A stretch of DNA of 64,000 nt from Leucoraja ocellata (GCA_036785375.1 JAWMAR010000248.1:2170001-2234000); one strand, 5' to 3'; shown: positions 47,099-58,480, counted from the stretch's first letter. The notes: generated from the sequence alone by a model not told the origin. A program made the numbers and translations.

Positions 47099-49430
47099 TG
47101 GGAATTCCACTTCCCCGCCCAAGAGACAATCTTCCTAACCCTTCACTGACCACGCTGTTGGAGCACAATGTCTATACTCTGAGTATTCTCACACTATTTG
47201 TATCGGTTGCACTTAACCTAGTTTTGTTTTATATCTTTATTTTACATTTTTTGTCTTACGCCCAAACTGCCCATTTTCGGTAGCTGTATCAAAGCTTATA
47301 GGGTGCTCAAGGGGCTATGTGGGATTTATAACAGCTGTACTTATGCATCTCTTCCTGTTTAGAACGGATCACCCTCCTCAGCTGAGCGTGCCTGCACTGT
47401 GAGGGGGTAGAGGGAGTGCTTAAGGGGCAGAGGGAGTGTGGACAGGCTGGGCAAAGGACCCTCCTCCCTTCCTCGCTGCACCGATCCTTACTTGCACTTG
47501 GTAACTGACCCCAGGGTATTTCACACCAGGGTTGAGATTGGGTAGCTGTAACTTGCCGCTGTAACGTTGAAGGAGGGTGTTACAGCCCCTCCTTGTTGCT
47601 ATTTACGGCAATGACCGTCTCAGTACATCAGGGCATGACCTGCTCAATGCCTGTGAACGGTTAGTTTAGTCCCAGCCCTGCAGTGGTAACCAGCTCACCC
47701 GTTTACTATTTAAACCTGCCGCTGGCTTGCTGCTCAACACTGCCTGGCTTCCAATGGTCCTCCTGGCCGATTGCTCGCTTGCTGTCAGTGAGCGAGCTGG
47801 TCCTGGTTATTTGGTTAAAGCTGGCCCTCTGGTGCGGGCAGAGTGAGTGGGAACGCATCACTGCGGGATGTCTGCACGTCCCAGGCTGTGCTGACGGGAG
47901 CTGTGAAGAGGCAAGGAAATGGAAGTTGCCCCACTTGTCGCTGACAGCCTGAATTAAATTAGCCAACACTTTGACACGTTGTCACTGGGTAGACGGTGAC
48001 TGGCCTGGCCCGGCCCAGCCTGACCTAGCATGAGTGAGACGGTGACTAGCCCGGCCTGGACTGGTGTGGGTGGGACGCTGATCATTAAACTCGTTAAAGC
48101 TTTGACTGAAGTCACCACGTGTATCGTGACAGTTTACATACTGTGTGTTGTTCTCCTACTTGAACTGGTGCTGGGTGATCTGAGTGTTGCATCCGTTTCA
48201 TCTGAGAGTCCTAGATTTCAATGTTAATTTTGTATTCATCTGGATGTTTTGCTGCAGACTGTCCTATTGGTGAACTGTGAGCAGCTTGGTGCTATTGGCG
48301 GGAGTAGGGGTCATCTTGTAGGAATTCCTCTAACTCTGAAGTGGGGTGATGTCTGCAACAGCCACACTCTGCCATGCAGAGACCATTCTTTTTCACCAAT
48401 TCACAATTGTTCCAAACCTGTAGATGTAGAATGGAAAGATAATCCTTGTAGACAGTTGCTGTTTAATATCCAGTAACTCGAAAACAATCTCTGGCAAATT
48501 TTGGCCAATTCTACAGCACTTTCCTCTGGCAATCCTCAGTAAATGATTAATGTGTACAATCCAGCAGCACTGCCTGCCTGCCATGGGCTGTGTGACTACA
48601 CAAATCCCACAATTTGTGTGTGTGGGAGGGGGGGGGGGGGGGGGGTGCAGTATCAGTCACATAGAGCCAGCCACTAGGCTCAGTAATTTGCTCGGGCGCT
48701 GAGCGCTGGTGCCATCCTCTGGGGCACCAGAGCCACTTGCAGCTGAGGCAGTGAACAGTGTGAAATGCATTCTGTGCCAGGAGAGGGAGAGAACAGAGAG
48801 CATGGGTTCTGTAGAGTGAGTGTGGCTGTGACAGACTCTGACAGAGTGGCAGACAATGAAATGAGATCTGCTGAAATTTAAATGGGGTTTCCTGCCGTGT
48901 ATTTCAGAATATTGAACTATCTGGTCAGTCTTCATTTCATGTTGTAAATATCTCTGGAGCTTTTTGACAGGCTTTTTTGAAAAAATAAATATATGTTTGC
49001 GGTGGTCCAACCATAATTGTAAAGATGGTCAACAGTGTGTGCACCAACATTGGCAGGTTGGAAACTCAGCCTCGGCTACTGTTCCTGGTGATTGCGGTTA
49101 CACTATCCATGTGGCAAGCGGCGGCAGCTGAGTCCGTTTGCAGTGAGGTGCCATGGGGCTGAGTGTTTAACTAATTGCAGCAACCCAGGACAGGAGAGGG
49201 GAGGTGAGGGGAGGGGGGCAAAGGGCAGGGGAGGAGAGGAGATGGCAGGATGGTAGCAGGTTGAGAGTAGTGTTTGAAAATGGTATTTGTATTTCAACCT
49301 GTGTATCTTTGTCGCCATGTGTTGGATTTGATGCACTTTAGAGCGCTTCTTGTATAAAGTTCCACCGCAACTCTTATTTTCTTTTGCAGTATTAAGCATT
49401 CAATTAAAGATTTCTCAAGATACTGGTGAC
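47099..49430 (+). other. TP63: Probable TP63-alpha 3' UTR
   Basis: Largely transposon-free stretch after the stop, ending in a U-rich block, ATTAAA (49403-49408) and a GU/U-rich downstream tract. The end is inferred. Confidence 0.6.
49403..49408 (+). terminator. Candidate TP63 polyadenylation signal ATTAAA
   Basis: Variant hexamer preceded by U-rich sequence with TGTA and followed by tgtgtcattt/cagttttt. Confidence 0.55.
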
Positions 49431-49984
49431 TGTGTCATTTCAGTTTTTATGTCCAGAAGACAGAACAGTTCACAGCAAAACCTCCATTCGTGATCAGATG
49501 CTGTAATCGTGCTCCCTCACCGCTGAATGCTGCCTTTATGTTGCAGCTGTACACACCATCGCGGTGTGGAGGTGAACTGAACATCCATCCATCCTTAAGG
49601 ACTCCCAATACAGAAAGGGTAAACCACCCTCCCTCCCCAACTGTCTCTAACCCCCACTCCACCTGTACAACCATGGGGTGCATCCTGCCCCCACACAGAG
49701 TGAAGCTGAGGCAGGGGTGGTGATGCAGCAGATCTGAGACCTGTCTAAGCCAGGCCAGGCTGGGTCATTAGTAGTTAAAATAGGGGTGAATAAATATTTA
49801 AGGAACAGAACGTTGTGGGGAAAAGGTGCAGGGGTGGAGTCGTGGCCAGCATAGATCAGCCATGATTGAATTAAGCAGCGAGGCAGGCTCTCAGCCCGAG
49901 GATTCCGTGCCCGGTTACATTCTCTGCGTTTGGAACCCATCCATCTCCTTGTCAGCGCCGTGGAAACGGGAATGTCATAAGCTG

Positions 49985-50139
49985 TTTATTGCACAACTGA
50001 GGTCTTCACAGGCAGCTGAACTCTTATTGACAAAATCAAGTGTCTCACCTTTCATTAAAAAAAATTGCATTGTCAAATAGAAAAAAAAATAGAATAATTC
50101 ATGGACGAAACACGTTTCACAAAGATAATAAAATTTAAT
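49985..50139 (-). terminator. Candidate P3H2 polyadenylation signals (ATTAAA 50134-50139; AATAAA 49985-49990)
   Basis: TTTAAT and TTTATT on +, at the end of an AU-rich minus-strand UTR-like block. Confidence 0.5.
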
Positions 50140-50389
50140 AGTATCTATAAAATAATCATTTTATAAATAACGATTTTTAACCACAATATTATAGTTTCCT
50201 GTGCAGCATGTAAACACAAAGCACCCGCAGTAAATCAAACCACAAGTTTTGAACACACCGAAATAATACACCCGATATTTGAACAGTGAAGCCCCTGTCC
50301 AGGACATCAGTGCAGAAACAGAAAGTTCAGCTGTACAGTTCACTTCACACAGGTGGGCACCACCACATGAGGACTGATAAACACACAAT

Positions 50390-50530
50390 GACCCCAAGTG
50401 AAGCTCCCTCTGTACCGTCCTAACATACTCTCGGGGTCAGACACAGAGCGAAGCTCCCTCCACTGTTCCATCACACATTCCAAGGGTCAGACACACAGTG
50501 AAACTCCCGCCGCACAGACCCATCACACAC
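50390..50530. repeat. About 52-bp tandem repeat (2-3 copies) in the P3H2 3' UTR
   Basis: Recurrent agtgaagctccctc...ggggtcagacacag unit. Confidence 0.75.
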
Positions 50531-50986
50531 TCCTGGCACAGTTTGGTTAGTGACGGAGAGTAGCTCTAGGCAGCTGTGTGTGTCCAGTGGGACGGCTCTC
50601 TGGAGCTGCGGGAGTGGGTAAGCTGCCGCCATCTACCGTTGGTGGGGCAATGGAGAGGGATCCTTCAACCAGGCTCAGCAGGCAGCAGGCCCACCTTAGG
50701 ACCGACCCAGACTAGGCCCAGATCCACAAAGACCCGGCCGACCACAGACCCAAGCATACCCGGGAACCCAGGCCTATCCGGGACCCGGCCTACCACAGGC
50801 CCAGGCCTTCCCGGGGACCAGGCCTATACAAGGCCCAACCCTCCAGTGGGAGACAGCCGGTGCGGTTCAACTGGAAGACAATAACTGTTAGTAAAAACTG
50901 TGAACAAATTAAATAGCATTATAGAGCACATTAGAACATTCTATGGGGTTGCTGGGAATTTAAATAAAACATTATAGACTGAAGAT

Positions 50987-51079
50987 TCACAGTTCGTCCC
51001 GTGGGTTTACTTCAACTCTGCCGTCCAGTTGCTGCTGAAGTGAAATCAGCTCCATCGCCTCGTCCGCCTTTATCCGTTC
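50987..51079 (-). CDS. P3H2: P3H2 last exon 15 (ERIKADEAMELISLQQQLDGRVEVNPRDEL*)
   Basis: ctgcAG acceptor; 93 nt; ER-retrieval signal RDEL; resembles the P3H2 terminus ERIQADE...NPKDEL. Confidence 0.95.
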   Translation of the reverse strand, partial: ERIKADEAMELISLQQQLDGRVEVNPRDEL

Positions 51080-51359
51080 CTGCAGCAAAACAGAGCCACA
51101 GTCACCCAGCACCGACACAGGCCATTAACACCCAACCCCTTCACACTGACCAAGGTGACCCATCTACACGTCCCACATGCCCGCGTTTGGCCCATATCCC
51201 TCTAAAGCTGTCCTATCCATGTACCTGTTGAGATGTCTTTTAAATGTTGCATTCTATGACCCTCCTCCCCCTCACCACTTCTCTCCCTTCCATCCTCCCC
51301 CAACGCCCTCCTCTCCCCCGCACTCCTCCCATCCCTCCCTCCCTTAACCCCTTCCTGTG

Positions 51360-52019
51360 GATAGGGTGAACTGTTTTAAATACCTGAAAGTCCACATCTC
51401 CGAGGATATGACATGGGCATCACACGCCTCAGCACTCAGTGAGTAAGGCAAGGCAGCACCTCAGGCAATTGAGGAAATTCAGAGTGTCTCCGAGGATCCT
51501 CCAGTGCTTCTACGCAGCGGCGGTGGAAAGCATCTTGTCGGAACATTACCATCTGGTTTGGGAATTGCTCTGCCAAGACAAGAAGGCTCTGCAGAGAGTA
51601 GTGCGTTCAGCCGAACGCACTATGGGAACTTCACTTGCCCCCTGCAGGAACTATACATCAGGAGGTGCAACTCCAGAGCCAACAATATCATGAGAGACCC
51701 CTTCCACCCTACAACGGACTGTTCCAGCTGCTACGGTCAGGCAAACGCCTCCGTTGCCATGCAGTGAGAACGGAGAGGTTGAGAAGGAGTTCTTCCCAGA
51801 GGCCATTCGGACTGTAAATGCCTATCTCACCAGGGACTAACTCTACTGAACGTTTTTCCTTCCATTATTTATTATGTCAAAGAATATGTGTGTTATGATT
51901 GTGTTTATAGTTTGTTTGGTTGTTTGTCTTTTGCACAAAGTCCGCAAGCATTGCCACTTTTCATTTCACTGCACATCTCGTATGTGTATGTGACGAATAA
52001 ACTTGACTTGACTTGACTT
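51360..52019 (+). mobile_element. Rex1/Babar-type LINE 3' fragment
   Basis: FKYL.VHISEDMTW...KARQ.LRQLRKF...FY.AAVESIL...KALQRVVRSAE; tail AATAAA(CTTGA)n. Confidence 0.87.
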
Positions 52020-52086
52020 CAATCTCCTCTCCCCAACCCCGCACTCCTCCCCTCCCTCCTCTTCCCTCCCTCCATGAGGGCCTCAC

Positions 52087-52227
52087 CTGCTCTCGGAAGT
52101 GTGGGTCGAGGGTGAACCACAGTGCGACGGCACAGCGCTGCCCGCGGGTCACGGCCATCACCCCATGGGGGTTCTCCCCTCCCGACGAGAAGCCCACCAT
52201 CCGGCCGCAGCGAGGTTTCACCGCCGC
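52087..52227 (-). CDS. P3H2: P3H2 exon 14 (AAVKPRCGRMVGFSSGGENPHGV...GQRCAVALWFTLDPHFREQ)
   Basis: ccccAG / GTgagg; 141 nt; distal Fe-binding His (NPHGV) and 2-oxoglutarate-binding Arg. Confidence 0.97.
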
Positions 52228-52522
52228 CTGGGGGGAAGAGTTGGTCCCGAAGGATTGGGGTTTAGAGTTAGACTGGGGGAAGAGGGAGTGCAGCAGACAA
52301 TCCGGGGGAGGAGGGGGGAGTCGGATCAGGTTGGAGGGGGCGAGGTGTTTAGGGGAAATTGTAAGGGGTGGGTCGGAATGAGGGTGGGGTTCGTGTTGAG
52401 GTGATGGGAGTGGTTGATCAGGTCGGTGGGGGGGGGGGGGGAATCGTTTTTATCCGGTGGAGATTCAGATCAGAGTGGCGGTTTGGATCGGGGGGGGGTG
52501 GGGGGGGAATCTCACAACTCAC

Positions 52523-52597
52523 TGTGACAGTCTTGGCGTCGGGCTCCGTGAAAATAAACTCCCCGCCGTCAAAATCACTGTTCAGGTAGAGATGGCG
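52523..52597 (-). CDS. P3H2: P3H2 exon 13 (...LYLNSDFDGGEFIFTEPDAKTVT), with an apparent 1-nt deletion
   Basis: cagcAG / GTgagt; 75 nt where the flanking phases (2 to 0) require 3n+1. The DNA reads GCCATCTCTAC instead of GCC ATC CTC TAC. Confidence 0.93.
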
Positions 52598-52699
52598 CTG
52601 CTGGAGACACACAGTTATTCAGGGGCCGGGGTAGTGATGGGGGGTTGTGTGGGGAGGGGTGGTTAGTGAGGGGTGGTGGGGGTGAGTGAGGGGTATTGA

Positions 52700-54230
52700 G
52701 AGTCCCAAAGGCTGTGTTGCCTGCCTGGTGCCCAGGTTCGGGACTAAATTAAAAAGCAGAACCAAAAGGTAATATTCTCTGGATTGGCTCCCTGAGCCAC
52801 GTGCGAGTTAGCAGAGGATCAAGAAGGTTAATGTGTTAAGAGTTGAATGTGTGGCTCAAAGATTGGTGTGGAAGAAGTGGATTTGAATTTCCTGCACATT
52901 GGCACCAGTATTGGGGAAGGTGGGATATGTTCTGATAGCACAGACGCCACTGGAATCCGGCTGGGAACAGTGTCCTGACAAACCATATAACCAGTGCCAT
53001 AGATGGGGCTTTAAACTAAATAGTGAGGTAGTGGGATCATCAAATTGGAAATGCATGGCTGAAGTTAAAGGGAAAGAGAGCGCGGGAGAGGTTACCAAAG
53101 TTTCCAAATTAAGAAATGGGGCAAAAAGTTTAGAAAGGGATGAGTCTAACGTCAGACAAAATGAGGACCAATGTGAGAAGAGGGGTGGTGAATACTGAAT
53201 GAAAGGTGTTATATTTGAATGCACTCAGTATAGGATACAAAGGTGCATGAGCTTAGAGTGAGGTAGAAATCAGTAGGTACGATGTTGAGGGCACCAGGGA
53301 GACGTGGCTGAAGAAGAATCGGAGCTGGGAGTTGAATACTCAAGGTTATACGATTATCAAAAAGACAGACAAGTGGGCAGAGAGCAAATAAAATTGCAAG
53401 GGGTGACAGGATCAGAAGATGCTGAATCCTTGTTGGTGGAGCTAAGAAACTGCAAGGGTAAACATACCCTGATGGGAGTTATTTATAGGCCTCCGATCAG
53501 TAGCCAGGTTATAGGGTACAAATTACATCAGGAGATACAATCGGCATGTAAGAAAGGCAATGTTACAGTGATCATGTGGATTTCAATATGCAGGTAGACT
53601 GATTAAATCAGGTTGGTGCTGGGTCCCAAGAGAGAGAATTTGTAAAATGCCTACGAGATGGCATTTATTTCAAGAGAGCTGGAATAGCAAAGAAGAGGTG
53701 TAATGTGGGGCAATGGTCAGACCGCATTTAGAGTATTGTGAGCAGTTTGGGCCCCATATCTGAGGAGCGATGTGCTGAGTTGGAGAGGTTCCAGAGGAGA
53801 TTTACGAGAATGATCCCAGGAATTAATGGATTAACATGTGATGAATGTTTGACGTCATTGGGCCTGCACTCGCTGAAGTTTAGAAGGATGAGGGGGTACC
53901 TCATTGAAACTTACCAGATAGAGTCAATATGGAGAGGATGTTTCCACTTGTGGGGAGAGTCTAGGAAAGGAGGGCATAGCCTCAGAATAAAAGAACGTAT
54001 CTTCAGAAAGATGAGCAGGACTTATCCAGAGGGTGATGAATCTGTGGAATTCATTGCCACAGACGGCTGTGGGGGCTGTCATTGGGTATTTTTAAGGCAC
54101 AGAGTGACAGATTCTTGATTATTATCGGTGTCAGGGGTTATTGGGAGAAGGCAGGAGAATGGGTTTGAGAAGGAAAGATAGATCAGCCATGATTGAAGAT
54201 GGGGTAGATGCAATGGGCCGAATGGCCTGT
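52700..54230 (+). mobile_element. Internally deleted CR1: ORF1 esterase-like piece, APE endonuclease piece, RT C-terminus and 3' UTR
   Basis: CCLPGA at about 52712; ESLLVELRNCKG...GVIYRPP at about 53420-53495; LERFQRRFTRMIPG...RGYLIETY at about 53780-53915. Lies antisense in P3H2 intron 12. Confidence 0.85.
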
Positions 54231-54240
54231 GCTGTGGTAC

Positions 54241-54361
54241 CTGTAGTCACGGTGGGTGTAAAGCAGCGGCTCCTTCCAGCACACCTTGAGGCCTGCAGGG
54301 TCCAGTAGGCAGTTGTCGGCATGGATCGGGTGGCTCAGATCATTACGATTATCCTGCTGAC
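54241..54361 (-). CDS. P3H2: P3H2 exon 12 (GQQDNRNDLSHPIHADNCLLDP...CWKEP..YTHRDYS)
   Basis: tagcAG / GTacca; 121 nt; HxD Fe-binding motif (HAD). Confidence 0.95.
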
Positions 54362-54404
54362 CTGCTAGTCACGAAGGGGCTGTGAGGGTGGAGAGTAACG
54401 CCAC

Positions 54405-54900
54405 CGGCTGTGACCCCCTCCCCACAGCCCCCTCCCCGCCACAGACCCCTCCCCCACAGCCCCCTCCCCCACAGCCCCCTCCCCCACAGCCCCCTCCCCA
54501 CCACAGACCCCTCCCCCACAGCCCCCTCCCCCACAGCTCCCTCCCCACCACAGACCCCTCCCCCACAGCCCCCTCCCCCACAGCCCCCTCCCCACCACAG
54601 CCCCCTCCCCCACAGCCCCCTCCCCCACAGCCCCCTCCCCGCCACAGCCCCCTCCATCCACAGCCCCCTCCCCACCACAGCCCGCTCCCCCCCACAGCCC
54701 CCTCCCCCCCACAGCCCCCTCCCCCACAGCCCCCTCCCCCCCACAGCCCCCTCCCCCCCCACAGCCCCCTCCCCCCACAGCCCCCTCCCCCACAGCCCCC
54801 TCCCCCCACAGCCCCCTCCCCCCACAGCCCCCTCCCCCCACAGCCCCCTCCCCCCCACAGCCCCCTCCCCCCACAGCCCCCTCCCCCACAGGCCCCTCCC
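54405..54900. repeat. C-rich minisatellite (CCCCACAGCCCCCT-type, about 15-17 bp unit)
   Basis: About 30 visible tandem copies filling P3H2 intron 11. Confidence 0.97.
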
Positions 54901-54935
54901 TGCCACAACACCCCTCGCTCCCCCCTGCGACTCAC

Positions 54936-55086
54936 CTTCGATGGCAGTGCGACACACCAGGTGTGTGTAAGAGAAGTAGAGGGTGGAGTTGAGCATGAAG
55001 TAGGCCTGGATGATGGCCCGAGCCCTCTCGCTCGCCTCGTAGAACAGCGTCGCCCCCCGCAGCGAGATACGCCCCTCGACCCCGTA
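54936..55086 (-). CDS. P3H2: P3H2 exon 11 (YGVEGRISLRGATLFYEASE...MLNSTLYFSYTHLVCRTAIE)
   Basis: ctccAG / GTgagt; 151 nt. Confidence 0.96.
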
Positions 55087-55433
55087 CTGGAGAGAGACGG
55101 GGGCATTAATGAGGAATGTGGGGTAACCTGCCTCCCTCCATGCCTCCTTTCCATCTGCCCACTTCCCCCCCCCCCAGGGCTATGGGTCTGATTTCTCCCA
55201 CCCCCACACCACTCACCATGAGTACTCTGTAAACGGTGTTGTGGGACCTGCCCCCCTCACCCTCCCTTTGTCCCATTCCCCCTCGCCCTTCCCCAACCCC
55301 CCCGGGCAGTAGTTCTAACTCTCCCACTCTGCTCACCATCAAGGCTCTGCAAACGCTAGTGTGCGACCTGCCCTCTCCCCAGCGGTGGGTCTAACCCTCC
55401 CCCCCCCCCCCCCCCCCCCCCCACACCGCTCAC

Positions 55434-55529
55434 CGTCAGGGCTCTGTAAACGGTAGCTCCCTCGAAGCGCTCGTTGGGTGTGTGAGGCGACATCTTGCCC
55501 CGATACCCATCGCCCGCCGTGGTGATGCT
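55434..55529 (-). CDS. P3H2: P3H2 exon 10 (SITTAGDGYRGKMSPHTPNERFEGATVYRALT)
   Basis: ccacAG / GTgagc; 96 nt; GDGYRGK.SPHTPNE family motif. Confidence 0.96.
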
Positions 55530-55594
55530 CTGTGGAGGCAGAGACAGTGAGGGGGGTGTTAGCGATCACAGCGCGACCCCCATCTGCAGAGCAG

Positions 55595-56220
55595 GTGGGC
55601 CGAGGAATGGGCCGACCAATGCAATTTAATGCAGGTACGTGTAAGGTGTGGTATTTGGAACATTGACAGTGAACGGCAGGGCCCTGGAGAGTGTCAAAGA
55701 ACAGAGGGATCCAGGAGTTCAGGTGCATAGTCTCCTGAAAGTGGGTCACGGGCAGATAGGGTGGAAAAAGTAAGTTATTCCCTTTACCCTGTATCTGTTC
55801 ACTGCGGACAGCTCGATTGTAATCATGTGTAGTCTTTTTGCTGATTGGATAGCTTGCAACAAAAAAGCTTTTCATTGTACCTTGGTACACATGACAATAA
55901 ACTGGACTGAACTCAAAACAAGAAGGCTTTCGGCCTTCATCAGTCAGGGTATTGACCATAGAAGTTGGAACGTTATGTTCACCGTTATATAAGATCGGTG
56001 ATGCCACATTTGGAATATTGTGCTCAGTTTTGGTCACCCTGCTACAGGAAGGATGCTGTTAAGCTGGAAAAAGCGCAGAGAAGATTTACGAGGATGTTGC
56101 CAGGACTCGAGGGCCTGAGCTATAGGGAGTGGATGGGCAGGCTGGGATTTTATTCCATGGAGCGCAGGAGGATGAGGGGTGATCTTATAAAGGTGTATAT
56201 AAATAGTTGGGGAATCGATA
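55595..56220 (+). mobile_element. CR1 RT fragment interrupted by a Rex1-type tail (about 55790-55915)
   Basis: PHLEYCAQFWSPCYRKD...LEKAQRRFTRMLPGL; inserted tail ...acatgacaataaactggactgaac. Confidence 0.82.
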
Positions 56221-56337
56221 TGACGGGGGTGAGGGGGAGCGGGGTGGTTGGAGGGGAGGAGAGGGGTGCGGAGTGAAGAGTTTGGAGGGGGGGCTTTGAG
56301 GGGGTTAGGGGTGAGGTGAGGGGGGGGGGAGACTCAC

Positions 56338-56465
56338 GTTGGCCACGAGGAAGAGCTGCTGACACTCGATGGGGGTGATGACGTGGTCCATTAACACCCT
56401 CTGGCTGCCGTTCATCTGCCGCGAGTCGCTCACCACCCTCGCCCCACTGTAGGGCACCGCGCCCC
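56338..56465 (-). CDS. P3H2: P3H2 exon 9 (GGAVPYSGARVVSDSRQMNGSQRVLMDHVITPIECQQLFLVAN)
   Basis: acacAG / GTgagt; 128 nt; NG.QRV..D motif. Confidence 0.95.
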
Positions 56466-56884
56466 CTGTGTGCGGGGGGGAGAGACTGTCAGTGGGTATG
56501 GGAACCCCCCCGCCCTTGCATTCCACCCCTACTACACCAAGCTCCCCCCCACCCCCCCTCTCCTGGGCACCCTGTGAGGTTTCGGGGCAGTGTATCTGCG
56601 CGGATGGGGCACCAGCCCTTACCCCCCCCAACCCCCCCCCCCCCCCCCCCCCCGGACCCCCAGCCATGAGGAGAGATGTTCAGTAGACCCTGTGACCTCC
56701 CGCCCCACCCAGACCACCCCCACCCGCAGACCTGATCAGACCCAGCCATCCCCCGGCCAGAGTGGACACTGCCCCCTGGAGTGGACATCAGACTACCCCC
56801 AAGGGGGCCAGAGAAAACACAGACCCTCCCCCTCCCCCACAGCCAGTGGTCACCCGGACCCCCCGCCAGCCGCCGCTGCCCCAC

Positions 56885-56979
56885 CTTCCCGCTGCTCGGG
56901 CTCGCTCGCTCTCTCCGCCCGTTTCCGCTGCATCACCGGCATCACTGGGGCTCTCAGGGTCTCCGCCCCCGTCGTCCGC
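56885..56979 (-). CDS. P3H2: P3H2 exon 8, divergent linker (RTTGAETLRAPVMPVMQRKRAERASEPEQRE)
   Basis: acccAG / GTgggg; 95 nt, open; phase 2 to 1 bridges exons 7 and 9; weak sequence similarity except the terminal RE-G. Confidence 0.75.
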
Positions 56980-57109
56980 CTGGGTCAGAGGGCAGGGAGC
57001 AGGGATCAGTGGCTGAAACCCCCTCCCCACACAGCGTCACCCCCCACCCCACACTCTCACTCATCCCTCAACCCACTCATCCCCAACAACCTTAATCCCC
57101 CACCCCACC

Positions 57110-57305
57110 GCAGCCCCTCACCCCAGTCTGACCCCTCACCTCAGTCTGACCCCTCACCCCAGTCTGATCCCTGATCGCAGTCTGACCCCTCATCCAGTCT
57201 GACCCCTCACCCCAGTCTGACCCCTCACCTCAGTCTGACCCCTCACCCAACTCTGACCCCTCACCCCACTCTGACCCCTCAGCCCCCACCCGGACCCCTC
57301 ACCCC
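57110..57305. repeat. 18-bp minisatellite (CCCCAGTCTGACCCCTCA)n
   Basis: About 10 tandem copies in P3H2 intron 7. Confidence 0.93.
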
Positions 57306-57498
57306 ACGTCTCAAACCCCCCACAACCCCCCCCCCCCCCCACCACTACTGTCACCCCATTTCACCCCCCGTTTGCCCCCAGATCTGGGAGGGAGTGACAC
57401 GGAGCCCCAGCCTTGGTCGGTGCAACACGGGGTCGGTGCAGCGTGGGGTCGGTGAGGGGTGAATCAATACTGGGGGCGGCGGCGGCTTTCTCTCCCAC

Positions 57499-57551
57499 CT
57501 GCCGGAAATCTCCAGCTCCTCTTCCAGCTCCCCGGACACGGTCCAGCTAAC
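57499..57551 (-). CDS. P3H2: P3H2 exon 7, short linker (VSWTVSGELEEELEISGR)
   Basis: ctgcAG / GTggga; 53 nt; phase 0 to 2; Trp at position 3 as in other family members. Confidence 0.75.
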
Positions 57552-58147
57552 CTGCAGACAAACAAACTCCGTTCAGACCTGTTCACCAGGGACGGTCCTC
57601 ACACTTCCACCACTCAAACACATCACAACATTGTAAGCACACAGCAGCCACAGATCGACACAAAGTGTTGAAGTAACTCAACCGGTCAGGCAGCATCTCT
57701 GGACAACGTGAAAACAGTCGGGCAGGAGCCATCAGGTTCAGGAACAGCCACTTACCTACAACCATCAGGCACTTGAACCTGCTCAACCCTAACCCTTACC
57801 CAAGGAAAAACTACAGACCACCTCTTGCACTACCGGGGACTTGTTTTCTAATTGTGTTTTTGCACTAATGTCTTGATATTGTTGCCATTTTTTTCATTTT
57901 CCCCGCATAGAATATCGCGTGTGGTTTATGTATGATTGGTTTGGTGGTTCCCTGAGTCTCTGCAGCCATAACAGTTTCCCTGCCTTGGTCCCGGAATTCA
58001 CGAGAGATTGTGTTTGGAAGGAACTGTAGATGCTGGTTTATACCGAAGATAGACACAAAATGCTGGAGTAACTCAGCAGGTCAGGCAGCATTTCTGGAGA
58101 AAAGGACCAGGTGACGTTTCGGGTTAGAACTCTTCTTCGGACTCAGG

Positions 58148-58480
58148 CTTGGGTAGAGTGGATGTGGAGAGGATGTTTCCACTAGTGGGAGAGTCTAGGG
58201 GGCATAGCCTCAGAATTAAAGGACGTTCTTTTAGGAAGGAGATAATGAAGAATTTATTTTGTCAGAGGGTGGTGAATCTGTGGAATTCTTTGACCATAAG
58301 GCTGTGGAGGCAAAGTCAGTGGATATTTTTAAGGCAGAGATAGATAGATTCTTGATTAGAACGGGTGTCAGAGGATGTAGGTAGAAGGCGGGCGAATGGG
58401 ATTAGGAGGGAGAGATGGATCAGCCATGATTGAATAGCGGGGTAGACGATGTGTCAGATGGCCTAATTCTGCTCCTATCA
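58148..58480 (+). mobile_element. CR1 3' fragment
   Basis: RVDVERMFPLVGESRGHSLRIKG...QRVVNLWNSL. Confidence 0.88.

Noticed and set aside
54349-55191. Long Pro-rich and Gly/Cys-rich ORFs (174-269 aa) resembling extensin, keratin-associated or collagen proteins
   Set aside because: They are translations of the C-rich minisatellite, open in most frames, inside P3H2 intron 11.
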